Source: Ruditapes philippinarum
Taxonomy: Eukaryota
Reading direction: 5' to 3'
Assembly: GCF_026571515.1 (NCBI RefSeq)
Contig: NW_026861872.1
Coordinates: forward strand, 248,001-312,000
DNA: 64,000 nucleotides
Positions 1-14,200 of this stretch are shown piece after piece. The translations under genes and the position numbers were made by a program. Under the pieces are notes generated by a model. That model was given only the letters and a program-made list of their open reading frames with translations. It was not told where the DNA came from and did not search any database. Numbering within the stretch: the stretch's first letter is position 1; the number at the start of each line of letters is the position of its first letter.

Positions 1-3000
1 TAGAATAAAATCCCAAAAAATTACAATGTCTGTTTATAAAATACGTTCGTCGCAAATAAATTGAAATAATACGAATACATTTCTTAAGTTATATCAAGAT
101 ACACGCAACAACCTTAAAAGAACAAACAAAAAAAGCTAAAAAGTTAAATTTCGAAATTATATTTTGGATGCCAAATAACGCCAAACTTATAATGCTTGAT
201 ATTTTGTTCCGTGTAAAATTGGTGTTCAATCGCAAAGAAATCACAGGGCACCGACAGAAGAAATTCAGTACATGGACAGCTACAGTCCGAGGGAAGTGAA
301 CCTAAAAGAGTTATATGTGAGTATTGAGGTACGTAAGGTGGTAAGGCAAAAAATTAAATCTATGAAAATTAAAATGGCAGAATGGACTGCGACATCTCAA
401 TAGCAGCTGTACATAGCTCATGACATTCTTGTATTGTCTCGTATAACCTACTGTATATTTTAGACTCAAAGAACAGTTTTTCTTTGGCTTATTATCTGAT
501 AATTGTAGAGATATTTTCTTACCACTTTATGCTTCAAAATTAACCCTTTAAGGAGATATTTGGTGGCATTGTCCGTGCTAATCACTAAGCTTTATGCTTT
601 ATACTCTGCCAGATAGGGCGGCTGGACCCTGATTTACCTTAAATAAATATTGATAACGATTTCTCGAGGGAGAAAACAAACAACGAAAAGTAACGATGGC
701 AGTCGATTGTAATGAATTTGCACAAGAATAACAAAATTACAGTATCAAACGAACGCTTGATTTCAATGTAAACCTCACCTGAATACAGAAGGCTATAGAA
801 AATAGACACATTAGTGATCAAACATAGAGACTTGAATGTAGCTTTCTCAACAATAGTTCACACTGGTTTGATGACAGAGAGAAGGAAATTAAAATAATGA
901 AGGTATTCACAAGCGTTATTTTACTCCTCGTGGGAACGAGAAAATGTTCAGCGAATCAAATCGATTGGAGATTTACCTTTGGCGGGCTCCTAATCACCGT
1001 CTCTACTTCTTTTATTGTTATTGAATAATGGGTGTTTTACTTTAATATCTGTTTCAGTTACAAATATTGACTCTTTAAATTTATATTTGTTCTTGTCACA
1101 TAAAAAAAGAAAAATGTTGTATACATATAAGTTGGCAGACGTCAAACAGTGAACTAACAGTCTACGTACATACAGTGGTGCATATCTACTCCGGTATTTC
1201 GCACCTTTGTCGGTAGTTAAAACAGAAATCAATAGAATTAAAATGTTCAATATCCCGGACAATATATACCGTCAGATATGTTTACTTAATCAAATTATTT
1301 AAATGGAAAATTAATCATATATTCCCTTGCCATGTCAAATGTCGAAAATAAACCAGCAATTAGCTGGCGTATAATTTTATATATCTGTTGATATAGACGG
1401 GAGACAAACGAGTTATATCTTTTTGAAGGAAAATGATAATATACTTTGAAGTCATAAATTATTTTAGAAAGTGACATGTTCAACGAGAAAGCACTCTCAA
1501 CTGCCTTAGTTTGAATCAATAAAAGGTTTTTGTGGTGATTTTCAAGTATTACAGCTTTCATTTATTACATGGTAGCAAGTTGGATTTTTTCTTCAGTAGA
1601 TAAGCAAATGCATATTAAACGCAACTTAATTACAGGTTACATGGTCGTTACATTAATAACCCTTATTGTGGGTATACTGGTGTCTATAAAATCTAGTATT
1701 CTCATACTGAAATTCCTTATGATAAAAACAAAACAGTCCCGAATTTAAAGACGGAAGACTGTAACATGAATAAGAGAAGTCAATCATGTGAACTTAAAAA
1801 TCATATGACTAACCGATATGGAAAACAAACTAAACTGTAAAATTCTGAAATATAAGCGCCGAAATTTCTTTTGGAACACTAGAAGACAACTAATTATTTT
1901 CAAATTATTACCTCTGATAAAAAAATTCTGTCCTCTGTATCGTAAGATTGTTAGCAAGTTTAGGGGTATTGCAGAACTTATCATAGAACAAATTATCGTA
2001 GATTCAATCTATAAGCATTTTAATACCTTAATTACTTTTAAAACTTACTTTACTAAAAGCTTTTATGCTAATACCTAGAATCTATAACCTTGGTAGTTCA
2101 GACACGTAATTAACGTTGAATTTTATTTTACACTGACAACTTGTTTAATGTATTGCTAACACAAGGTTAAGTTTTTCTGTCAAAGAATAGCATTACCGGT
2201 ATCGCAGTATCATATTTGAAAGCTTAATATATTTAATGGGTTTAATAATATTCTATTAAAAATTGCGGTTACCACAATCGATTTTCAATAGTTCTTTTGT
2301 TGTATGAGATTTTAAAACATTATTATGTTGGCACTTAACATTGAAATCCGGGCATTGAATATTAAAACATTAGGTTAACTTTTTTAGTAAAATCGTGTTC
2401 ACAACACGGCTCAAACCTTTAGTTTAAGCCCATTTTGTACAGCTCAACCGTCCCCTGGTTGAAACGGAGACAGACGCCTTAACAACCAAGTAACCGTTCA
2501 CGTTTGGTTTCTAAATTCCAAAGCAGCAACGCTTTGAGTAATACTGTCTGTTAACTAGTCAATACTTCGGTGGGTAATAATTTGTATGACAACAGTTTTA
2601 ATGACATTCGTTCTTCACGTCTATCTAGATGTGAAGAAGTTGGCAATTACTTGAAGAAATAAAATGTTAGAAACGATACTGTCACAGAATGGCGTTGGTC
2701 GTTTAAATAACGTTTCGGTTGAAAAAAAATATTTGTGGTCAGATCCGAAACAGTATTTATTTTTTCTGTCCGAGTTATTAATTTTATATATATACAAAAA
2801 TGTGCATTCAATTATCTTCTCTTTTTTCAATTTAATTGTATTAATATGATTTCTTTGTCTTTTACGAGCATGTCACACGAGATAAAAAATAGTAATTGAC
2901 AGTTAATGCAAATAGATTATAAAAACAAGAGAAAATATTTATGAACTTACTTCGCATCCAAATTTAAACGTGGAACCGACATTTTCCGTTGCAAATAAAT

Positions 3001-3942
3001 CCAAATTTTTTTTTAATGTTTCCTTCAATTCAGAATGTTTTGTTTAGTACTGTGTATGGTATAAACGTAAATTAATCCTGATCGCAAATCACCTTATTAT
3101 GTTTTATTATTTAACTCCCGGTAAGAAAATCCATACGCGAGAGTTGGAAGCTATCTAGCTTTCACTAGGCTAGAGTGGCCTTTATTGGTTTAAAACGCGG
3201 TAGTTTGATCTATTGGCTATATTTATTTACAATTATCATTTTATTCGATGTATAGTGAAAGGATATAGGAGTCATAAACCAAGATACATAATCTATACTT
3301 ACGTGCGAAAGCGGGTGAAGTTTCATTAAAATTTGCCTCGCTGGCCAATGTCAAACTTTTTTTTTATTTTAGTGAGCTGTAGAAAGATACATCTTTACCG
3401 CCGTATGTACACAACTGCAGATGTTTCTAAATTCAAAAGTTTTCCATTTCATGTTTAAATGTTGAAATCTGCTTAAGCCGGTGCTATGGGGGCGTGTACG
3501 GTAGATTGCATTTGTCAGTACCGTCAATGAACAAGCTCAATCAAACTTAGTCTGCAACATTTTCAGTTTTGGGCTTTCTTTAGGGATTCTTATTTTATGC
3601 GGTGGTATTGGACCTACAGATCAGCCAAGGCATATAAATTTATAGAATCATTACAAGGTATCTATTTTAGCTTAGCTTCTAAAGGGATCAATGGCTGTTT
3701 AATAAAACCAAGTAAGAAAGGTTAATGGGAATATTTTTTTAACCCTTTTTGTTCCCTTAAAGGGACTAACCATATTTATATGTGCAAACTTCACAGAAGA
3801 ATAAAGATGCTAAAGATCAACATTAGATTTGGTGCATTTTCATTCTCTGTTACAGAACAAGTGAGATGTGGATCCATAAAAATACTCCAAAAAGTCATTT
3901 TAAGCATTTCTATTCATCTTTAGTTCAAGCAAGTAGCCTTTT

Positions 3943-4154
3943 GGTTTATACAGAATTTATTTTAGTTCGATTGTGTAGGAAGCTATAAGCTTATAGACAC
4001 ACTTTCGAATCCGTTCCTGGAACCAACCAGTACTGAGTGTAAAGTTTCTTGCTCAAGGAAACAACGACTTGTCCCTGACGGGGTTTGAACCCATGCGCCT
4101 AGCAATCATGAGATTACTAGTCCGACGCGTTAACCACTCGGCCATGCCGCCACT
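3943..4154 (-). mobile_element. tRNA-derived SINE with 13-bp target-site duplication (probably MetaSINE-like)
   Basis: Minus strand has A box TGGCCGAGTGG and B box GGTTCAAACCC, then body TACTGGTTGGTTCCAGGAACGGATTCG. Flanked by the direct repeat CAAGTAGCCTTTT (3930-3942 and 4155-4167). Family name is from memory. Confidence 0.85.
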
Positions 4155-6041
4155 CAAGTAGCCTTTTATAAGATGTCATCAAAATCTATTTGATCAAACT
4201 AAACAGAAACTATGAATGTATCTAAGGTTGTTACAGATTTTGTTTGATCGCGACTTTGTGATGTTCATGTAGTATTTTTTGTGATGAAAAGTAGAAGTTC
4301 AATTTCATTCATTCTGAGTTTTGATGATAGTCTTTCTTACTTGTTATGAATGTCCCAGTTGATGTATGTGAAAAATAATTTTTTATGATATAAGGCTTTT
4401 GGATGTCTGCTGAGTTCCTTTGTGTGGCGGCATTGAACTCACAGTTATGATGAACAATAAGTAACAATTTGAGAAGTAGAAGTTCAAGGTAAAGCAGAAA
4501 GCCTACAAATTTGTGAAAATAGGAAAAAAACATACAAGGATACAACAGTGCGAGCTTGATTATTATATTTGTATATTCATTTACATAAACAATAAAATGT
4601 TTTTTTGTTGTTTTTTTTAGTCTATCCAACGCCGCTATTAATCCATTCTTTGGGTTCATGACAAGAAAATGTGAAAATATTTTTTTTTCGAATATAGGCC
4701 AAGAGATAAACTAACCAAATCTTTTTTTCAGCAAATATTTAATTCGTTACAAGACACAGTATTATAGGAACCGGCGACTGTTTTTCTTTTTCTTTTTGTT
4801 AAAGATACATGGTGACAGACCCCACTATTTTATGGAATAACACGAAGGTGTTACATTGACATACCACGACAACTACAGTACTGAACTACCTACGACTACC
4901 TTTGCGGATGCTACACAATTCTTAAAGAAGCTTTAACTATAACCAACGCATAACAGTACAATCAAACCGAGCCTGTCACATCGTACTTGAGGACCTTCAG
5001 TTTTTATCGTTGTTGTTATTATTATTGACTATTTTGATGATTTCTATCCATTTGTTCATGGCAAATGTCATCCCAAGATACGTCTCCTCGCTCTTCCTAA
5101 AAAATAAGTCTTAGAACTAGATTATGCAAGAGTAGTGGGACTTGTCAATAAAATATTGATGCAGCACTGAATATCACGCCTGGCAGCTTTATCCCAGTTT
5201 GTACTGTCTTTTCAAATACATATTTTACTTTGTGTTACCATGGCAACATTTTTTAAATATTTTAAGTGCACTTGCTACCAACACACGCCGTTTGCGTCCC
5301 ATTTTTGTCTCTAGCGACATGTGAGCCTTAAGTTCACCAACAAGGATTAAAAGTAAAATTGAAATCCTTGGAACGTTTTGGATTTTGAACTTTACATTTC
5401 TATGCACAAAACTTAAACGTATGACGTAACGGTTGAGATTTGATACACAAACTTTATGAGTACAAGCCCGTCATCGTCATTGATTTATGTTAGTAAGTAG
5501 TTTTCCGGTCACTTAAGAAAAAGATGTTAACCAGTATATGTAGTTTCTCACTTTAAACCTCTTATTTTTGTCCAAAAACGCCACTGGTATTATGTTTGGC
5601 AACATTTATCGGATACATTTAAATGTTCAATGACCTTTTGTCGGTAATTGTCGGATCTCGAGGTAAATCATGCGCATTCTAGAGAATGGTACGACGGTAT
5701 ATGTATTTAACTTGTAAACTTGCCTTACTAACCTCAGTGACGTGTTAAGACTTTCAGTTTCAAAATGAAGGTTGTAAGTTCGATACGTCCAGTTTACCAG
5801 TTTTTGGGGTTGAGTTTTACGTCGCAACAACACACGCCCTTCCATGCTTTACTTGAATTTATTTCAGACACGAAAAGGCAGCTATTAGAATCACCGATGT
5901 TTCATAAGCTAGCTGGATAGCCTCTTCACATGTCCCTGCCGAGATTCAAAACCCACAGTGGATAGGGGCAAGTGTTGTAAAGTCAACGACCTTAACCAGG
6001 CTTAGTTTACCTTTTTTAAGTGAATCAGCGGAAAATGATGT

Positions 6042-6515
6042 TAACAAAGAGCTGTCCGGGTAGCAGCGCGCCCCACTTTTCTCAGGATAAAAAGTAGAAA
6101 TTGGGGCATAATTCTTCAAATATGCTTGCAAGAATGACCTGCCCTTGATAGTTAAAGTGAATAATCATTCGTGTTCTATAAGAAACTAAGGAAAATATAA
6201 AATGCCAGCGGTTGGCCAGGGCAAAAAGATAAGTCAAATAGGGGACATAACTCTTCAACATAATTTTCGAATTATCTGCACTTGTGATATAGCGTCACAT
6301 TTTGATGATCATGGAGAATACCAAAAGGTTTGAGTGAATATCTTTTGACAATTTCTGAGATAATGAAACTCGTCGCGACTCACATAGAGCTACAACTTCA
6401 CAAGCATTGCTGTAAATAACAGTAAATGAACATAAACGTAAACTTGATAAAATATTTACCAACACCAAGTGGGTCAGGAGAGTAACTCACCTGTTCTTCC
6501 GAAAGCGGAGCAAAG
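6042..6515 (+). mobile_element. Degraded HINE-like element
   Basis: 5' AACAAAGAGCTGTCCGGGTAGCAGCGCGC resembles the end of the 16518 element; one degenerate repeat unit and an eroded 3' end. Confidence 0.5.
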
Positions 6516-7689
6516 ATGGTACTGAAGTTGTTTCTTGCCATAATCATTGGTGGTCAAATATTTGTTTCGTGTTTAGTTCAGATCACATGAAGGTTTGTTT
6601 ATCATTATCTCTATTATTCACGTTGGCATATATACCTTAGTTTCTTATTGTTACCAAGTCCATGAATATCTATTTAATTATGTACATCTGGCACAATTTT
6701 GCTTCGCTACTAGGGTATGCATGGAAAGGCCCAAAAATGGACAATACCTTTTACTTTCTTTTCTTTTTCACTGTGTGCAGAAACAGAAAATACTTTTAAT
6801 AAATACATCAAGTACCTTTATGTATAAAGGGGAATAACTTATAACTTGATGCCTGCATTTGTAACCTGCAAGGATTGTGCCCCTTGTATTAAATAAGCAG
6901 CAGCCATGGCACTAATACCAAAAATATTGAACCATTCATATTTTCAATGGCTGGAAAAATGAATGCCACTATATAAAATGCCATTAACATGGATATGTAA
7001 ATAATTATGTCCATCCAAGTATAAATGTTGAAAGCACAGGTCAGTATCAAATAACATTTTGCCATAATTGTGTTCAATATGCAAAATCTATAAATATTGG
7101 CAACATTCATTTTTTGAAAAGTGTGGGGCAGTCTTTTTACGATTTAGTTAGTTTTTTTTTAAAGAGTGGGGCAGTCTTTTTATGATTTAGTTATATTTTA
7201 TATTGGTTATATTGGTCAATCACCATCATTAAAGTCAATCTCTTGAAATAAAATACTTGTTCAACCAAACAGTGGGAAAAAAATCATAATTTCACTTTAA
7301 AACATATACATGGGTGTAACTTTATATATAACCAACTTGTTCAAATAGACAAAGAGATTCCTATCAATAATGAATGCTAGGTGTGAAAATTACAAGCCTA
7401 TAATAGCACCAGCATATTAAAACTATTACCGGCTTCATGGACCACCAGCTGAAAATCTCCTTAAACAGTTCAAATCTAGGCATAGAAAATCATCATGTAA
7501 AGCTTATAATCAAGTTACTACACAGGGTTATCACGCCAAAACAAACATATAGTCCAATGAAGACTTTGTATAGTAAAATCAAGACTTGGTAATTTTTCTT
7601 TCAAGTGTATTTTATACAGATACTTTACATTAACTAGCATTCAATTAGCAATTGAGCAAAATAATAAAACAAAATGATTTTTTTTATAA

Positions 7690-9366
7690 TATGTAATGTT
7701 TATTTTTTTACATTATTTGCAAGTGACCATCAGCACTCCCGACGTAATGTGAAATCTTGACAAAAATACAAAAGCTTTACAAACAATCAAAACCCCTATA
7801 TGGGTCCTTTGGTTAACAGGTCAACAGGGCTACAATGAAAAAAACAAAACAAAAAAAAAAGAACTGGTTCCGTTATTTCTAACGATAAAAATGTTGGAAA
7901 TATAAATAATTTAGAAATAAAGGAACCAGTGTTTTTTTCTCTTCCCTTCAATTTACTTACAAAGTATGACAGGAAAAAAACAGACTTAGCTTTAGATACG
8001 GGGCAACTAAAGAGAATTCAATCACAGATTCAATTTTTTCTTCTAAGTACAGTAACCAAGATCAACTTGGGGTAGTTCAAGAAATATTTTTTTTTTCTAA
8101 TAAGTATTATTTGTAATATGGATACTTAAACTCATATTGCACCAAACTATTTTTTCTACTTCTTTTAGCTTTTTATGAAAAGAAAAAATGCATATAAAAA
8201 TTAAATTGTAGCTTTAAAAAGACCCTGTTTCTCGTGTCATAGTAAATCACCGTGTTAAACACATTCATATAGGTATATATCTATAGTTCTTTTCTTTTAC
8301 AAACATTACATAGATATAACATTTACAAAAAAAAAATAAACCAATCTTGCATCGAAATGCTGGAATAAAATGTTAGTTTATAAATTAATCAGGACTGCAA
8401 CAATCACAGACTTGGCTGCTATAAAAACCTTTCTTATCTCAAAACTAATCCACATTACAGCATATAAAAAAAACTTAAGTATCATTTAGCATCCTCGACC
8501 CTTACTACGAACAAAGATAAAACCTGTAGAGAAATCTTTAATGCAGGAAATACTGTTTAGTTTTTCAACAGTATATAATAAGAGACACAGTAACTTTATT
8601 CCCATCAACTCAAGAGATATAATATGGAATTTCTGTACAATTATATGTAACCAATGAAAAATTTAGATTCAGAACAAAAAATATATCGAAAAATAGTAAG
8701 TTTTCAGAATGGGAAAAAAAACAATTTATGGACATACATAGTTTTAGTCATAATCCTGTTTTAGTTAAAGCAGTATTTGTTTTATTTTAATAAAACCATA
8801 CAAATAAACAAAGTATATTAATCTATCTACACTGAAGTAATAATGAGCAATGTGGAAATAGATAAATGAATGAATGTCGGGGGAACAAACAACTGATGGC
8901 TTGCAGTGATGGATGCTGGAAATGGTTGATCTGAGAATGTACGAATACAGCATTAATAATCATACATTTATGATATGACATATTTATAAAAATGGACTTT
9001 CTTTTAAATGAAAATTTTCTGTACACTTTAGTAACTAAAATATAATTTTCTTTTATACATTTCTCACAGACTTTGTTGTAATGAACCTATACATACATAC
9101 ACTCTTATTAAAGACATATACACATTTTTTTGTTCAAGTCTGGGAACACAAAATGAAAACTGAAAAAAATCAATGGAAACAATCTCTATATATCTTACTT
9201 TTTACATTAGACAAACAAGAAATATCTATCAGTCTTAAATTATTCCACAAAAAAAAAATCACACACATTTCAACAGACTCTATGTCTGTTAATCCTTGAA
9301 CAACTAATTAAGTTAACACAGTTATATATATAGAATTAATTTATGCACACTCTAGTATCACTCCTG
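7690..9366 (-). other. Probable CBP 3' UTR (extent uncertain)
   Basis: AT-rich, repeat-poor sequence downstream of the stop, with minus-strand AATAAA candidates at ~8781, ~8595 and 7699-7704. Confidence 0.4.
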
Positions 9367-11232
9367 CTACAACGTATCCACAAACATTGATAACTGGTCT
9401 TGTGGAGCCAGCTGATTCACTTCAGTGTCCTGGGGTAAACTACGTCCTATATCAAGTCCTGTATTTTGCACTTGAGGCACACTATTATGAGATTGTAACT
9501 GGGGTAACATCACCTGATCCGAGTTTATTTGATTATAGTCTGTGGGTGCACCAGCACCCTGCATATTAGGGTGTGGTGACTGGTTCGGAGGTATGTGATG
9601 GGGTGACATTTGGGGTTGACGTGGCGACGGATTGAGCTGCTGGCGTGGTGATGGGGTGGGCTGTGGCGAACGAACAGTCTGATGTAATGTTGATGATGGG
9701 GGTGATCGGACCTGTTGCATTAAATTAGAGTTAACGTTTTGCTGGGACAGCATCTGCTGGGGACTAACAGGCTTGCCCCCTGCCACACCCACCATTTGTT
9801 GTTTTAATTGTGCCTGTTGTTGTTGAACCTGTTGCATCATTTGGTGGTTTGAGTTCTGATACTGCTGCATTGTGTCGTTTTGGAATCTCGGCTGCCCATA
9901 TGGCTGCATTTGACTTCGTTGTTGCACTTGGTTAAATGGAGCATTAAATTGGTTGCCACCCATTTGTTGATGCTGACCCATCTGTTGTTGTTGTTGTTGT
10001 TGCTGCTGCTGTTGCTGTTGTTGCCTCATACGTTGCTGCCACAGTAATTCCTGCTGCTGTGGAGTTATTGATTGGTTTTGGGGCATGTTTGGCATACCAA
10101 TTTGTTGACTTGGTGGCCGAGTTGGCATTTGATTACTGATCCCTCCAGCTTGTGGATTCCTCTGTTTCAGAAAAGCTGCCATCAACTGTGGATACGCCTT
10201 GAGAATAGAAATCACCTGCTGTTGTTGTTGAGGTGATGTTGGAGACTTTAATGTACGAAGAAGTTGCTCAAGGGCCTCGTTAGGTGCTCCTTGACCTTGG
10301 CCTTGTGGTCTTTGTAGCATTTGTCTATTGACATTCATTGCTGGATTCATATCTACACCAGGATTCATGTTCACCATACCTGGATTCTGTGGCATGCGCT
10401 GTATCTGTTGCATGGGTCTCATCTGAGCCATACCCGGTTGATTCTGCTGGAAATTTTGGGGTAAAGTAGATTGTGCCATGGTCTGTGGTATTGGAGGAGG
10501 TTGAGGCTTTTGTGGAGCCATCTGTTGACCTGGTTGTGACCACTGTTGAGTCATACTTGGTTGTGGCATAACACCTACACTTGTGACTTGTGGTTTGGCT
10601 TTAGGAGGAGGCATTGCACCAATTCCAGGTTTACCCATGCTTCCTGCTTGCCTCTGAGCTGCCTCCTGTGCTTCTAAAGCTGCAGCCATAGCTGCAGGTG
10701 GAGGACCGCCAGCTGATTTACCTCCACCTCCAGACATGGGTGGTGTTGGTGCAGCACTTGCCTGAGAGATGGCTGGTGTAGAATTCTGACCCATCTGCAT
10801 GGTAGCCATACGTCTTCGCATAAGCTGTGCCTGATGAAACCTATTTTGCAACTGTTGTTGTCGCAACTTTTGCTTTATTTGAAGACAGAATGGCACTTGA
10901 CACTTTTGTTCATTACAATGTTTGGCATGATAACAGCACAGAGCAATAAGTTGTTTACAAATCTGACAACCCGAGTTAGTCTTTTTGCGACATACTTTAG
11001 TATGTGCCACAACACGTTTCATCTTATGACAACTAGGCAGGCGACAGTTAGCGTCCCTACAACCACATGCATGAACCAATGATTGAATGCACCGCTGAAT
11101 AGATTGACGGCGATTTTCCTGAGGATCTTGTTTATCTCCGGATGATGTCCCATCATCGAGATCAAAACCGAGACGGTCCATTTTGTGATGATGACCATCT
11201 TTGTGGTAACATGTGTTGCACAAGTCAAAGTC
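9367..11232 (-). CDS. CREBBP: CBP exon 27: end of ZZ, TAZ2, Q/P-rich region, NCBD, polyQ, stop
   Basis: Acceptor ttacag|GAC; DFDLCNTCY...[16 protein letters not shown]...[39 protein letters not shown]; TAG at 9367-9369. Confidence 0.97.
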   Translation of the reverse strand, partial: DFDLCNTCYHKDGHHHKMDRLGFDLDDGTSSGDKQDPQENRRQSIQRCIQSLVHACGCRDANCRLPSCHKMKRVVAHTKVCRKKTNSGCQICKQLIALCCYHAKHCNEQKCQVPFCLQIKQKLRQQQLQNRFHQAQLMRRRMATMQMGQNSTPAISQASAAPTPPMSGGGGKSAGGPPPAAMAAALEAQEAAQRQAGSMGKPGIGAMPPPKAKPQVTSVGVMPQPSMTQQWSQPGQQMAPQKPQPPPIPQTMAQSTLPQNFQQNQPGMAQMRPMQQIQRMPQNPGMVNMNPGVDMNPAMNVNRQMLQRPQGQGQGAPNEALEQLLRTLKSPTSPQQQQQVISILKAYPQLMAAFLKQRNPQAGGISNQMPTRPPSQQIGMPNMPQNQSITPQQQELLWQQRMRQQQQQQQQQQQQQQMGQHQQMGGNQFNAPFNQVQQRSQMQPYGQPRFQNDTMQQYQNSNHQMMQQVQQQQAQLKQQMVGVAGGKPVSPQQMLSQQNVNSNLMQQVRSPPSSTLHQTVRSPQPTPSPRQQLNPSPRQPQMSPHHIPPNQSPHPNMQGAGAPTDYNQINSDQVMLPQLQSHNSVPQVQNTGLDIGRSLPQDTEVNQLAPQDQLSMFVDTL

Positions 11233-14200
11233 CTGTAATGTGAAAAGAATAATTATGGTCATTTCATTTGCATTTTTTTATTGCCTCAAGAATACACAAT
11301 TTATATTCACAGTCTAAAATGAGCAATTCTAGAAAAATACTAATTCTTTAATGACAAAACTGACTTTGCTATTAAAAATTATCTTGATCTGATGTCTTAA
11401 AGAAACAATACTAGTAAGATTTATTTATAATAATCCCGAAAGTACGCTAAAAATAGAAAAGATTTATTATACATTGTATGTCAAAAGAATAATATTGTTT
11501 ATTAAAAGGCATCCTTCTATCAAGATGTATTTACATGTACATTTATTAGCACAAACATTCTCCCTTTTATTCCAACAAATATTGATTTTCCTCACTGTTA
11601 TATTTACGACTCTAAGACAGAAATTCTGTATCAAATCAAAAGTTTAATTAAACTAAAAAATGAAACAAATGGTTTGCAGACAGTGTAAAAACTACATAAA
11701 GTCTCATAACATAGAAAATGACAAGAATATTGTTAAATCTTTGTGTACAAGTAATTTGTAGATGGTTCTTAGAAAGAATAGCAAAGCCTCTTATCTAAGT
11801 ATTGGCTGATCAAGAGTAATATATCACTATGAATAGGCAACCTATTTTAGAAGTCTCCTTTCTTGGTAATCAATTAATTTTAAGATAATAACCAGCAATA
11901 AAATAATTGTATTTTAAAGGCTAGGTAAATGGATACAAGCACTAATAATTTAAATGTATCTGATTAAAGAGAAAGAAAATTGAAATGAAGACATACCTGG
12001 CATACAGTACAATGCCACCTAGTTTCCACCTGGGCCTCGCAAGTGTTACATGTGTACACAAAACTCTCTTTTCCCTGATTATGCAGCTCGTACAGCAAAG
12101 CTATAGAGGAATATTTGGCTCGCCGTAAAGATGAGAATTCATAATGTTTGTCTCTAGCAAGTGTAAGCAGTGCATCACGACCGTCCATTAATTCACAGCT
12201 CATGTGAGGATCAGGATCATTGATTGGGGGCAGATGGTTAGCACTTTGTTGAGTGTGAAGACGAATAACAAAGAAAACCTGTTGAACAAAACAACAGAAT
12301 ACTTAGGAAAAGGTTCAAAAATATATAAATTTTCATAAGTTTACTGATGCAGTTAATCATTAGAAAAAGGTAAAATTAAAGCAATTGATTCCTCTAATCA
12401 AAGAAATGATTATTCTTCAATTTTCAAACTTCCAGTTTATATCAGAAAAATCAGTGATACAATACCTCTTTATGTTTCTCCATGGTAGAGTATAATTTGG
12501 CTGTGAGATCATTTCCACCGTGAGCAGGCTTCTTGCCGTTAGCCTTACGATTATTGTTCTTATTTTTGTTATTTTTCTTTTTCTGACTTTTGCCTTTCTT
12601 CTTGCCTTGGGCATCCTGCGAAGAATTCTACAATATTTACATACAGCTGAACATATATCTGTCAATTGAATTTGCACATACATGATTTTCATCTTGAAAC
12701 ATATATTACCTTTCTCAGTGTTCCAGAAGAGTGTTTTAGCAGTCCATTTAAATATAAGATGTTACAATCTAAACTTTTTTGATGTAATTAAATTATGAAT
12801 ATAATTTTTCCATTTAAGGTAAAAAAAAAATTGTAACGGTCCACTCACTTTTTTCATCACTAACATTACAAAAACTCAATAAGAAATATAAGAAAGCAAA
12901 TATTTCTAATTTACCACTGCAGTTGATTCTTCAATTTCATCAGCACCAACTGACCCTTCCGCTTCAGCCGCAGCAGCTTCTTCTTCTTCTCGTTTTTTCT
13001 TTTCTTCTTCCTCCTGTTCTTTAATGATATCCTCAAGAACATTCGGCCAGAAATCACCCTCAAAGTATGGCAGGTCAGTCACTTCACGTACACCATTTTC
13101 TGATGAGTCTTTATATATATCCTTTAAAGAACAACAATTAGCATGATGCATTTGTTATGCTAACAATGTAATGAAGTGCTTACTAAAATAATTCCCTTTT
13201 TTTACATCTTTATCTCGCCCAAAATTTCATTTGTTTTTTTTTGTCTGGTTTTTACATAAATTTCAATACATTTTAAGTTACATCTCTGCATACTTTCTAA
13301 CCGGTGTCCCTGGATAGCAGTAATCACCAATATCCCTTCAGTGATAGACTATTAATAACATATTTCTGAGGAATAAGTAAAATCTTAAAATAAATGGATT
13401 GTAACTTGAAACAAAGCTGAAATGAAGTTGATTTATAACAAAAAGCCAAGCAAATATACAGTAGTTAAAAACAAAATTTGGACACCATTGCAGCAAAAGG
13501 CTCAAAATAACTGAAGGTTAATTATTCATATGAATATCCTAAAGGTCAATTGTAACAAAAAAAATCTTTATGTATAAAATAACTAATGCATATATTTGCT
13601 ATAAAAAATTATTCAAAAAATTTACAACTGAAAATCTAACAAAGTAGAAAAAGCACATACCTTATAATCTATTACTATTCTTTCAATGAGTGCTTTATCT
13701 AACATTTTCTTATACCACTCTTGAAGTCGTTTGGGTTTTGGAATTTTCTGTTCTGGGGGATGGCAATGAAATATATAATCATCCCCTTCGCTTGGAGGAC
13801 ACGCCCAGATATGAGCCCAAACATAACCAAGGGATTTAACATATTCTAAGTAGCCGATAAGAATCTCATGATAAACTGCTGTACGAAGCTGCCGAGGTTG
13901 AAAGAAATGTACACTGTCTAGGTAAGAGATGTACACTCGTCTGAAATATAACATTTTTAAAACATATAAACCGTACAATTATTTGTTAAAGACAAAATCA
14001 TACATTATCCTTTTGAACTCTTCTTTACTAGAATAATCACAAAAATAAAGCTTTTTATTCCCCATAAAAAAAGCCATTTACAGAATAATTCTTTGTCATA
14101 TCCCTAGAAAATAAAGTTTTAACAAATGTGAAGCATACCTGGTATTTGGAAAAGGGCATTCTGAGCCATATTCCTGGACATGCATACCAAAGAAGCACAC

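Noticed and set aside
272-322. Short + strand exon-like segment MDSYSPREVNLKELY followed by GTGAGT
   Set aside because: No compatible downstream exon or recognisable homology could be found by eye.
4070-4152. Possible tRNA gene
   Set aside because: It is the head of a SINE: it continues into a SINE body and is bounded by a 13-bp target-site duplication.
7120-7195. Small direct duplications (also ~33155-33217 and ~57508-57558)
   Set aside because: Ordinary local slippage duplications with no further structure.
639-9299. Short ORFs of 60-116 aa in the left region and the CBP 3' UTR
   Set aside because: AT-rich random ORFs with no domain motifs or consistent splice structure.
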